Assembly: GCF_004010195.1 (NCBI RefSeq)
Contig: NC_057755.1
Coordinates: 10,077,989-10,141,988, forward strand
From: Chiloscyllium plagiosum
Lineage: Eukaryota
Direction: 5' to 3'
Length of the DNA stretch: 64,000 bases
Shown here: positions 13,501 through 24,968 of the stretch, in pieces
How the letters are laid out: every line of letters starts with the position of its first letter
How positions within the stretch are numbered: the first letter of the stretch is position 1
Program-made: the position numbers and the translations under genes
Notes under the pieces: model-generated
Database searches by the model: none
What the model was told of the DNA's origin: nothing
What the model saw: only the letters and a program-made list of their open reading frames with translations

Positions 13501-13704
13501 TTTTATCTGGCACAAAGCTTAAATGCATAAAACAGTCCTCTTAAGTCTATTTTCTCCTATTCCCAGATGATTCTTTTTAACTCACCAGCTTGAAGTCTTC
13601 TTCTGCAATGGTGACACACAACATGTCTATATATCGTCCATTTATGTCTGCCATCCACCTATCCCATACCCCTCACCCACTGCCACTCTAAACTCTCCAC
13701 TCAG

Positions 13705-14160
13705 AGTCATAGAGTCAAAGAGATGTACAGCATGGAAACAGACCCTTCGGTCCAACCCGTCCATGTGACCAAATATCCCAACCCAATCTTGTCCGACCTG
13801 CCGGCACCCAGCCCATATCCTTCCAAACCCTTCCTATTCATATACCCATCCAAATGTCTCTTAAATATTGCAATTGTACCAGCCTCCACCACATCCTCTG
13901 GCAGCACATTCCATACACGTACCACCCTCTCTGTGAAAAAGTTGCCTCACAGGTCTCTTTTATATCTTTCCCCTCTCACCCTAAACCTATGCCCTCTAGT
14001 TCTGGACTACCCGACCCCAATGAAAAGACTTTGCCTATTTATCATATCCATGCCCCTCATAATTTTGTAAACCTCTATAAGGTCACCCCTCAGCCTTCGT
14101 CGCTCCAGGGAAAACAGCCCCAGCCTGTTCAGCCTCTCTCTTTAGCTCAGATCCTCCAGC
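13705..14160 (-). mobile_element. CR1 (HER1-like) LINE 3' end
   Basis: VRVWNVLPEDVVEAGTIAIFKRHLDGYMNRKG motif and a tail shared with the SINEs. Confidence 0.88.
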
Positions 14161-14797
14161 CTCTTCAACGTAGATTCCCAATCTACGTCTCCTGTACATC
14201 TTCCTTCTGTAATGCGCCAAGCCCACTCAGACCCGTACCTAGTGTGCAAAACACTTTTTCAATTAAGACGTTATCCCCTCAGTACCTTGCCCAATAAGCT
14301 TTCATTCTTCAGGAAGTTTTCATGAGACAGATAGTGTGAAAAGGTGCAGGTTGACCTCATTGTAAATTCTCTTAGACGCTACCCGAGAGGGGCTGGATGT
14401 ATTGTTTGTGATACAGAGTGACATCAAGGGAATGTGGTAATTTCTTACACTGGCTGAGATTGCTATAAAGGTCTGTTCTTCCACACCTCTAACCTCATCT
14501 GAGGCGCAGTGACCCTGAGGTTAATCCACCAGAAAGCATCTCTCTCCTTTTTTTTAATAAGGAAGAAGTCCTATGCTCCGGGTGGACTGTTGTGACTTTC
14601 ACCCACAAGGTTTGCCATATTTTGTCAATTCATTTTCAAAGAATACTCCATGCCAAACACATTGGAGGAACATTAGGTCGTAATGCATTGTCTGATTTGT
14701 ATATCAGATATACCTTCTAATCCTGAGAAGAAGTTTATTTGTATAAAATGGTACACATTGCTGCAAATATGATTTCAACTGGAAAATAAAAACTCAC

Positions 14798-14948
14798 CAG
14801 GGCCACTTGTGTTTCTGGCATTTGGATGCTCGCAATTTTCTTCCAGTCCTAGAGGAACCTCCTCAAACATATTATTTGTCGGGCTGGCATCCTCATTGGA
14901 ACTATCACCAAAGAATATAGTTTCCATATGTGCATTTTCCTCTTGGTG
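14798..14948 (-). CDS. Repeat-protein exon A2: HQEENAHMETIFFGDSSNEDASPTNNMFEEVPLGLEENCEHPNARNTSGP
   Basis: Acceptor ttttgtttgcttAG, donor CTG|GTGAGT, 151 nt open frame, phase 0 to 1; not in the ORF track. Confidence 0.78.
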
Positions 14949-16513
14949 CTAAGCAAACAAAATTTGAATAGATGATCTGTGACAAAACCTTTATTTTCTG
15001 AACTTGTTCAGCTTTGCATGTTCCCACCCAATAACAATGAAAATCCCCCTGATCGAGTTTAGACAGGTAATAAAGAAATGAACCATACTGCAGATCGAAA
15101 TTTCAAATTGTGTTTAAAACCTTGCTAATATATGGCGTTCAGAATTGTGTGCAGTTCATCAAATTACACCTAGTCTAATTTGTGAAGAGATGCATATTAT
15201 TCTCTTATTTTGCAACCCAATAATATATGCAGGAACAGTCTGCAAAAAATGCATAGTCAGATAAGCAATAGACTGCGGTTATAGGTTGCGTGGGAATAAC
15301 AACTTTAATGTTACATGTTTCCCTGAATTCAGGCATCCAATTTGTCTCTTTACATTAACGTTTGCAGGTAGTCTATCAAACTGAGATTTTGAAATGTTCT
15401 CAATCCTAACAATTCCAGGTAATTTATTTGTTCCCCTCACTAGTTTCGGGAATGACCTCTCTTAAGGACGCAACTGTCTGCCACGTGTGACTGAAGAGGC
15501 CTATTTTCGATGTTTAAAAATGCCAGATGCATAACTGGAGCATAGTACTGGACTTGAGTCATTAATATTCTCTACAACATCACTGCCAAGTCTTTGACAT
15601 TTTTCAAAACATGATGAAGATTCATGGGCAAGTTCTTTTCAATTTGAAATCGCCTATCTATCCTTATGTCATAGCTTTGTTCTCAAAGATCGTTTCAGGG
15701 TGATTTTATTTTGTGGAAATTTCTTAATTCTCCCTTGAATGTTGTCTTTTTGATAATTGGGCAAAAGGGGCCAGGAGGAGACACATGAATCAGTTATCTG
15801 GAAATAGCATTGGATACATCGTAGTTGATCTTGTAACTGTTTTTTTTTGCCTTCATTATGTGTACAGCTGGCTCCAAGCATGAGACTCTGGCTTATTTTT
15901 CAGTTCGATAAGCTGAATAGCCTCTTTCCACCTTATAGAGATTCTACGATTCGAATCCAAACATGATTTAAACAATGCAGAATTTAACCTCACAATTTGG
16001 TCCCTTAGTTACTTCAACATCTGTGGAAACATCCAATCCATTCCCCAACGGCTTCATGTTGAACCCTCCTTAGCAATAATCGGTTTGGAATCCAATATTA
16101 GAAAGAGAAAAAATAATCATGTCCAGCAAATACAATTCTTGGGAGTTGAGATTTTCTACAAACCATGAACTACAAATCGGCTTGATGCCGATTCAATGCA
16201 TGCAGGTGCAATATACCAGTTCCACTATACCAGTCTAATTCTAGTTCTTAATGACATGTCAGGATGAAGGATGAAAGAAGGATGAAGCACTGGAGGAAGG
16301 TGAAGACTGATCGACAACATTAAGTGGCCTGGAGGCTGAGGAATGAATGTTTAGTATGCAAAATATCACAGTGTAGAGAATCACAAAGCGGCAAGTCTGC
16401 TGTTTTAAGTTTACAACAAGAAACAAAACGTGTCACATAACATTGCTTATACGCAAATGATCTCAGTTGGTATGATTTGAGAACAGGACAAAATACATTT
16501 ATGTAAAACCTAC

Positions 16514-16683
16514 CTCCAATTCTCGGTCAGTGAGTGCATTTGGTTGAAACTGATTTGGATGCATATTGTTCACAGATTCCTCACCATTTTCAGATGGACT
16601 GCCCTGCTGACTCGCTGTATCTTTGGACAGCTCAGGGTCAGCCATAGTTGACTCAATGGGTGCAGTTGCAACATTATCTCCCA
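16514..16683 (-). CDS. Repeat-protein exon B1 (long form): GDNVATAPIESTMADPELSKDTASQQGSPSENGEESVNNMHPNQFQPNALTDRELE
   Basis: Acceptor gtttattttatAG, donor GAG|GTAGGT, 170 nt open frame, phase 1 to 0. Confidence 0.78.
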
Positions 16684-17599
16684 CTATAAAATAAACATTG
16701 GGAAAACTAAAGCTGGAGAGTTGCAGGATATGGCAAATATTTCAAAAATCATCCATTCGTGAGCATCATGTGTTGCATGAAAATGTTCATGACTTCAGCA
16801 TTAAGAACACAACGATTGCAAACCAAATGCCCTGTATTTACGATATAAATGTGTCCTAACTTGTCTTCTTTCTATTCTCCAACTCGACTCTGCCACCATC
16901 CAAATCCATTTCTAAGTTTATCATTTGCTTATCCAATTTGCAGAAAACTTCAAGGGCATGTATGTGTCATAGATAACTCTCCCCATGTCTGGATGCAACA
17001 TGGACATAAAACGACGAATTGATAAATGGTCACAGTGGGTTATTAAAATGGATTGCAATTGGTTGGATATTCATTCATAGCCCCTGCCTTAATCTGGTCA
17101 ACAATACTCAAACCGATATCTGTTCTGCCAAACTCTGTCAGGAATGATGTCAGATTTGTAAAGGAAAAGCAGTAATTTGAAAGTGTTTTATCTTATTGAC
17201 TTTCGGCATGTGAGTTGGAGATATCTCCATGACTTACTGAGGTTAAAGCACATTGGTGAATATTCAGACTCTGAAATGGTGGGCACAAGACTGAAGATTG
17301 ATTGATCCTCACATGTACTGAAGTGGTTTGGATGTATGTGCTCAGGGGTTTGGGGGTGTTTGACGGGATGGGGGTGGGGCGGGGTCGTCGGAGGGCTGAT
17401 CTTTCAGCAGGGTCTCTCAGGTACATAATGATCATTTTATTGAATTGTGCCAGTCATCCCTGAATGATCCCCTGAGAGAGGGAGAGAGAGCAAGTGAGAG
17501 GGGAGAGAGAGAATAGGGGGTAGGGCTGATAGTGAACTTCTGGTGGCAACAAGGGATAGTCAATAAATACTATGAGGGAAAAAAGGTAAATCAACTCAC

Positions 17600-17744
17600 C
17601 AGTTGCACAGTCATGACTACTATTACCATGGTGTTTATTTTCCTGCAGTCCTGGATTTTCAGCCTCAGTGATCACGTGTGTTGTGTCTTTGCTGTCAGTA
17701 TCATGATTATGCAGAATTTCCATGGGTGAATTTTTGTCTTGGTC
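17600..17744 (-). CDS. Repeat-protein exon A1: DQDKNSPMEILHNHDTDSKDTTHVITEAENPGLQENKHHGNSSHDCAT (possible start Met at 17723)
   Basis: Acceptor tttgtcatatttAG, donor CTG|GTGAGT, 145 nt open frame, phase 0 to 1. Confidence 0.78.
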
Positions 17745-19399
17745 CTAAATATGACAAAGTCATGATTAGGTGTTTTATAGCTGTACCCTCAGCACATTAA
17801 GCAATCATTGCATAAGCACATGGATGATGATTGGATAGTGTAGGGGGAAGAGCTGACAATAGTTCACAGGTGGCTGCAACATTGAGGGCCAAAGGGCCAC
17901 TTATGCGCTGTATTGTTCTATGTTCTTGGGGTTTCCAAATTGATTAAGATTCACATATCACTCGCTGGACTGTTAATTCAGAAATCCAGATCATGCTCTG
18001 GTGACTGGGATTCGTATCCATCCACAGCTGATAGTGGAATTTGAATTCCGCCATAAAATCTGGAAGCATGAATCTAACGACTGTGGATTCATTGCTGAAT
18101 ATCTGAGAAACACATCTGATTCTTCAATGTCCCTTGAGGGACGGAAGCTGCCATGCTTCCCTGGTCGGGCCTACATGTGACTCCAGACCCAGAGCAATAT
18201 GGTTGACACTTAACTGTAATTATGGATGTGCAATAAACGCTGGCCCACCAGCGACGTCCACTTCCCATGAGTGAATGGAAAAACAAACTAACACAGGGAA
18301 GGGGAGAACGTACAAAAACTACACAAACAGTCTGCAGAGGCTGGAATCAAGCCCAAGTGCATGGCACTGTGAGGGTAGCAGTGCGAATCACTGAGCTACC
18401 ATGGCACCCACTGCACAGAAATCCTTAAAACAAATATAAAATATTAAAGTGTTTATTGTGTCAGAATTGAAACGAAAATGTCATCAAATTAGCTTGGGTG
18501 CATAATTTGTTAAACAAAAGTGCATTCGTTTCCTCATCCTGCCTTCAATAACATTGTTAAGCCTGGTATCTCAAACATTTTCATAATTCTCCACATCAAG
18601 CTCCACTTTCTGTGTGAGCGCATATTATACAAAGAACTCTGATCTATTGTTTCTCTTTTCAATTCCACTGTTCCATATTATTCTCATCATTCTGAAAACA
18701 AACCTCTGTGTTTTCCCTATTAATTTAAAGTGGAGAATTTCAGATGTTCTTGCATATCTCCTGTGTTATTGCTCCTCCCTGCGCCTAATAGGACTACCCG
18801 ATGTCTTTACTGATATTTGCTCACAAACGACAATCCTACCAAACTGTTTCAGCAGTAGACTGAAGGGGAGATGATGGCCTTGTGGTTCTACTGTTGGATT
18901 GTTAATGCAGAAACGTAAGTAATGCCCTGACGCCCCAGATCCAAATCCTTCTGCGGCAGATGTTGTACTTTGCATTCTACATTGTATCTAATGATAGTTA
19001 TGGATTGATTGTTTGGGGAAAATACAACCTGGCTCAGAAGTGTCCTTTGGAGGACAAAGCTTACCTTCCTGTCTGCGTTAAATGTGACCCCATACCTATA
19101 GCAATATGATTGATTCTGAACTGCCCCCTCGGAAATTCGGTATCGGCAATAAATGCTGGCCCAGCCAGCTACATCCTCACTCATGAATGAAATAAACAGA
19201 ACCTGGGAATATTGCTTTTGTTCTACAGTCACACTTCATTTACACAAATTGTGAACTTCTAAATATTATTGGGATAAACATTGTAACTGCTTCGTTAAAC
19301 TATTATAATCAAATAAATCATAATGTCATTTCATTAAAATTAGTGATGATGGTGAAGCGTGCCATTGGAATATTCTCGCTGGTTGAGTCCACAAGGAGA

Positions 19400-20370
19400 G
19401 CATGACCCCCAATTGGACTGAATGTTCAGCAGAATGGGGGATCTTGGGATGCCTGCCCAAAGATTCTTGAAGGGAGCTGCGCAGATTAACAGGGTGGTTA
19501 AGAAGGAAGATGGTATCTGTGTCTTTCTCAGTCGTTGGATCAATTATAAGGGCAGGGAGGTTAAGGTGCATCTGTACAGTACTTTTGTCAGGCTGCAGCT
19601 GGGGTGCTGATGCCATTTCTGGTCCCCTTACTACTGGAAGGATGGAATTGTACTGGAGGGGATGCAGAATTGAGTCAATATGGTATTGCCTGGGATATAA
19701 CATTTCAGCGTGGGAGAGAGGTGAGAAAAGCTTAAGTTGTTTTTTTTAGGAGCAGAGAAGTTTGGAGGCGACCTGATTGAGTTGCATCAGATTATAAGGA
19801 GCATAGACAGGTGAATAGAAAGCAGTTGTTACTCTTTTTCGAAGGGTTAGTAACAAGGGAGCATATTTTAAAAGGGAAAGTAAATGTTTCCCCCTGAGGG
19901 TGCTGGATATCTGGAATGCATTAGGTTAGATTCCCTACAGTGTCGAAACAGACTCTTCCACTCAACAAGTGCACATCAACCCACTTCCCTCAGACTAATG
20001 CAACAGGCAATTTAACATAGCCAATTCACCTGACCTGGATATCTTGAAATCTGTAAGGATACTCATCCAGATACGTGAAGAAAGTGCAAACTCCACGCAG
20101 ACACTTGCCCGAGGCTAGAATCAATCAAGGGTCCCTAGCACTGTGAGGCAGTAGCGCTGACTATTGAGCCATCATGCCGCCCTGCGGCTTGTTGAGGCAG
20201 GAAAAGTCACAATATTTTTAAAAACTACTTAGATGAGCACATGAATTATCAAAATATTCATGGTTCCGGGCCTTGTCTGGGAAAGTGGGCTCGTGCAGAT
20301 TGTCGTTCATTGTAGGCAGAACAATCTTGATGGGTTGCACGGCCTCTTTTATGCTGTATGATTCTGTGAT
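19400..20370 (+). mobile_element. Degraded CR1 3' fragment interrupted by an antisense HE1 SINE (about 19922-20182)
   Basis: LYSTFVR-like RT C-terminus; SINE in reverse orientation ending ...catgccgccc. Confidence 0.7.
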
Positions 20371-20406
20371 ACACTAACACAGTTTATTATTTTACTTCAG
20401 ACTCAC

Positions 20407-20550
20407 AGATACTGGGGTTGGGAAATATATTTGCTCACTCTTGTGGATCTAAATGTCTGAATGCTGAACTGTATGCCACCGTCTGTCTGGGTTGTCGATC
20501 ATTCTCCTGCCCACAACCATTTACCGCCTTCTCGCCACCAATCCGCCACC
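20407..20550 (-). promoter_or_regulatory. Candidate promoter (CCAAT plus GC-box-like) and short first exon for the repeat-protein gene
   Basis: CCAAT at 20538-20542, CCGCC at 20524 and 20543, local CpG enrichment, and a strong minus-strand donor TCT|GTGAGT at 20406. Confidence 0.35.
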
Positions 20551-20669
20551 ACCAGACCAAAAACACCGTCTTGTCATGCTATTCTCTCCTATTTAGTAGT
20601 AATGGCCAGAATTTTCTAACACACGACATCCAAAATGTTCTTTACAAATTGGCATCAAAATGCTTCTTT

Positions 20670-20775
20670 CTATATATATATAAGTGAAAAATCTATAATT
20701 ACAGGCAGCAGATTAAACAGGTGGGTCGAATTCAAAATTTGATGATCTTCTGTAATTCCTTCATTGCGAATTAAT
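20670..20775 (-). CDS. NLR terminal coding exon: LIRNEGITEDHQILNSTHLFNLLPVIIDFSLIYI*
   Basis: Acceptor tgtctttcAG, phase 2 entry; same position and phase as the paralog's terminal exon at 60817-60904. Confidence 0.65.
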
Positions 20776-20971
20776 CTGAAAGACATTGAAATCATGAAAC
20801 ATTTTCATCTTTAATTTTCAACCATTATTTAGTTATCACAATAAGTTTTAAAATTATGTATTAATGTTGAGACGGAAATAAAGCATTTTTCCATTATTCA
20901 AGACAAATGTACTGAAGGATAAATTAACTTTAAAAGAACAGTTAGTTAATACATACGTGTAATAAAAATAC

Positions 20972-21163
20972 CTGATTTCTTTGATATTATTTTTGCATTT
21001 GATTAGATGGTACAAGGAGGGGATGCAGTTTTCAGTCAGTTTGTTTATTTGGTCTTCATCGTGATTATCATTACTCAAGTCAAGCTCCGACAATGAACTA
21101 TTTTCACTGAGTACAGAGACGAGACCTTCCACACAATCATCTGTGAGATTGTTTGATTTTAAC
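20972..21163 (-). CDS. NLR LRR exon (192 nt): LKSNNLTDDCVEGLVSVLSENSSLSELDLSND...KEIR
   Basis: AG/GT sites, phase 2-2, ribonuclease-inhibitor-type LRR (LxxNxLxD, LxxLDLS); same length as paralog exon 61480-61671. Confidence 0.9.
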
Positions 21164-21209
21164 CTATACCATTAAAATATAAGTCATGTTTTAATAGATC
21201 AAATTCGCA

Positions 21210-21420
21210 TTCAAACACAAACAGACCAGCAAACAGGTAAACACAAAGACAAACGAAGACAACAACAACAAAAAATATCCAGAACAACATGCAAATTCAA
21301 ATACAGAATTAAATGTGCACACGTCCACATATATCCACAGAAGCACACACAAACACAAATACAAACACACAAACATGGTCAAAACACACAAACACGAAGA
21401 CACATGCATTGGTCAACACA
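21210..21420 (+). repeat. Degenerate (AC/ACAA)n low-complexity tract in an NLR intron
   Basis: acacaaacacaaatacaaacacacaaac... Confidence 0.7.
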
Positions 21421-21611
21421 ACATTTTATGAAGTATTGGCTTTGGTTTTTGGAAGGGAAATGTGTTCACAGCTTATATGTGTCTGTAAACTTTCTGATTT
21501 TCATCCTGGCATAGCTGGAGGAACATATTATAGATCATACAGAACACATTAATCTGAGGTCTGAGGGAAATTAATACATTTTCTGATCAATATTTTAATA
21601 AAGTTACTCAC

Positions 21612-21698
21612 TCCACTATCTGTATTTTGCAATCATGTTTTTTCAGAGCTGCAGCCAAGCAATTTATTCCAGCATCTCCAAACTCATTCCTGTTAAGT
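21612..21698 (-). CDS. NLR LRR exon (87 nt): LNRNEFGDAGINCLAAALKKHDCKIQIV
   Basis: Acceptor ggtctttAG, donor GA|GTGAGT, phase 2-2, LRR consensus; same length as paralog exon 61942-62028. Confidence 0.9.
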
Positions 21699-24600
21699 CT
21701 AAAGACCAGTAACATGTTGAAACCAAAAAAAAAATGACAGGCAGCAATGCAAAAAATGGAACATAGCTAATGATTCAATATATTTAACCCAAGATTGTTG
21801 GGAGCTCGGAGAGTGAAGATAGTATCTGTAAATCAAATGCAATTCAATCATTTGTGATATAGTATTAAGATGTAATACATAGTGAGCACTATAACATGTA
21901 ATTCTTTAAATGATATCTCCTTTAAGTGAATTGGACAGTACACATGTTTAAATATTTACGTGCAGAGTAGGCATGGAGTCGTTTACATTAAACTTTGGAC
22001 ATATTTGCAGGTTGCAATCATGGCAAATATTTTACACATGGCAATTCCCTAAAGTGAGAATTGCAGTCTCAGACTTAGCTAAAATATACACTGAATACAT
22101 GTGCAAAACAGATGTAGTTTTTGGAAGCTAAATCTCTAATGATCGACAGTTGTAAAGAACAAAGTGAGATGCACATCCCCTTTTGTTCTGCTTTGTTATA
22201 AAGTTTTCCACTATTTTTTTGCGACTGAAGTAAAGCTAGAAAGTATAATCCTAATTTTCAGAACCTCATTCAGAAAGCCAAAACAGATCTGTCTCTCTGA
22301 ATTGCGTTGAAAATTAGTGGTTTGAAATAAATCTGTTGGACAATAATTGGGTACTGTGTGATTTTTAACTTTATCCACCCCGTCCAACACCAACACCTCC
22401 AAATCGTGAAATGTATTGTTGTTCCTTTATCCAGCCAGATCAAATGAATAAATAAGATGCATTCCAACAGATATTTTCAATAAATCTCAAAATGCAAGTC
22501 CTTCTAATGGTCGGCCCTCGACTTTGTGCTGCTAGTCAGAGTTTACCAATGGATGCTGAATCCTGATTTCCTGGGAAAAAAAGGTACTGACAGAGGATCC
22601 CAAAAAGAAGAAATGGAGCAATGTGGAGTAGGGGGTGCGGTGGGGTGGGGGGAGGTATGGTTGAGTGGAAATGAAATGTAAAGTTGATGTCTGCTTCTGG
22701 CGACATGAGAACTTATGGCAGTTTCCTTTTGGTAATTAAAAGCACCCAGACTGAATATTGGCGAATTTATGAGTGGACACTTGCATGCGTGCAGCAAGTG
22801 AGTTAATAAATTTGAATGGGAAGTCTATGGTTAAGAAACAGGGAGGCTATAGCTTGTTGGAATTATTGCGAGTCTATTAATCCAGAGAACCAAGTAACAT
22901 TCGGAGAACCCAATTATGAGTTCCATGAAGTATGGTGGAATTTAAATTCAGTACTAATCTACAGTTAAGAGTCAAATGTAGACCATGAAAGAATTGTCAG
23001 GAGAACACCCCATCCACTTCGTTGAGATTCCTTAGGAAGTTTTGCCATGGCCAGTCCTACATGTGACTCGATGGCCGCAGCAATGTTGTTGACACTTACT
23101 TAAGGATGGGCAATAATGCTCACCCAGTCGACAATGTCCAAATCCTGTGGATGAATTTTGAAAAATGCTGGCAGACGATTTGAACATGTATGATTTATAC
23201 ATTATTAGGCATGTACCGGCTAAATTACTACCATAGCAAGATAGGACGGCCAGTATTTCGTGAGCTGGCTGCATTGCTCAGGATCATAGGTGGGTATGTA
23301 CTTTAATTGGATAGTTCTTTACATAGTGGATGGCACAGGATGAGGAAGGATGCTGGATGAGACGTGTAAGCAGGGGATTTGGTGGTATGAGTGTGGTTGT
23401 GTAAATAGCTAAGGTAGATATCTAGAATTTGTTTGAAAAGGAAAGTGAGATATTTTATTGGGTAGTTACACAAGATTAGGAGCTGAACATATAGTTGAGA
23501 AAGACAATTCATTTATTCTGTATCTCATTACGACAAGGCACACATTTGTTCAGGATGTTCTATCAAAGTTTCCAAAATGATGAATGGACAGGATGGACTC
23601 GATACGGTTCTCAATTGTAAAGGATTGAAACAAGAAGGTACAGAATTAAAAAAAAAACTTTTTCACCGAGCGAATCACATTAATAGTATGGAAAGCAATG
23701 TCATAAAATGTAGTGGCGATGGCTCGTTTATGGCATTAATAGCTTATTGGATGATTCTTTAAATGGGAAAAATGCAGATTTTTGGGATGAACGCAAGACA
23801 TTGGCAACAAGTCAAAATATTCTGTGAACCAGTAAAAATACAGTGGCTGAACGGCCACTTTCAGCAGTGTAACATTTCTGGGATTCTGTTCCTAAAGCTG
23901 GTGAGGAGCTGATGGACTCATTATTTGATTCTGTGCTGTTGGGTTCACCGAATCTATGAAAGGTCAGTTTTCAATTCCTTGAAATGTTATCAGATACTTG
24001 AATGAATGCAATGTTTTTGAATTCTTATTCGTTCACAGGATGTGTGTATTGCCTGCTGGGTAATATTTATGAGCCCGAGGACAGTTAAGAGTCAACTGCA
24101 TTGCTATAGGTCTGGAGTCACATGCCAGCAAGTCCAGCTAAGAATGTCAGTTTCTTTGCCTAAAGGGGATGAGTGAACCAGATGGCATTTTCAGGCAATC
24201 AGCAATGTTTTTTTATGGCCATCAGAAGACTCGTAATTCCGTTTTTTAAAATTCCATTCCTGCTCTGGTGGTATTTGAACCCAAATGCCAAGAAGTTTAC
24301 ATGGCTCTTGATTTACAATCCAGGGTTAATATCACGTAGTCATTACCTATCATGTTACTCCTCTGTTCGCAGAATGTGTGACACACTGGGTTGCACCAAC
24401 CAAAATTGTTTCGGTCCATAAAAATTAGGGACAAGAGTAGTGCTTTCCTCCTCTCCGCCCTGCTCTGCCATTCAATATTTACACTCCTCACGTCCACTTT
24501 ACGCCCTTTTTCCAATAATCCTTGATTCCCCGGCTGATTAAGAATATCTCACTTTCTCCCTCCCTCTGTCTGTCTCTCTGTGTGTCTCTCACTCACTCTC

Positions 24601-24968
24601 TTTCTCAGCCTTAAAAATGCACAAGGATTCTGTCCTCACAGCTGTCTGTCAGAAGGCGTTCCAAAGGCTCATAAAGAAGGAAGAACTTCCTTATTTTCTG
24701 AGCACTTTACTCTGATACCATACCCTCTGTTTCTAGACTCTCTCGTGAGGGCAACATTCTTTCAGCGTTTATCTTGTCAAGCTCCTTCAGAATCTTCGAT
24801 GTACCTGATCAGCTCTTCCTCTATCTATCAGTACATTCCTGTCTATTATAGTTCCACGAATCATATCGATGAACTGAGATAATATTCCAAATAATTTACA
24901 ATGTTCCATTTCACTACTATCATTGATATAGTGCAATGTTGTGACTTAACACGTTCAGAGAGAATTAC

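Noticed and set aside
18520..18692. Good minus-strand acceptor (ttgttttcAG) between the NLR and exon A1
   Set aside because: Early stops in the frames checked and no convincing donor.
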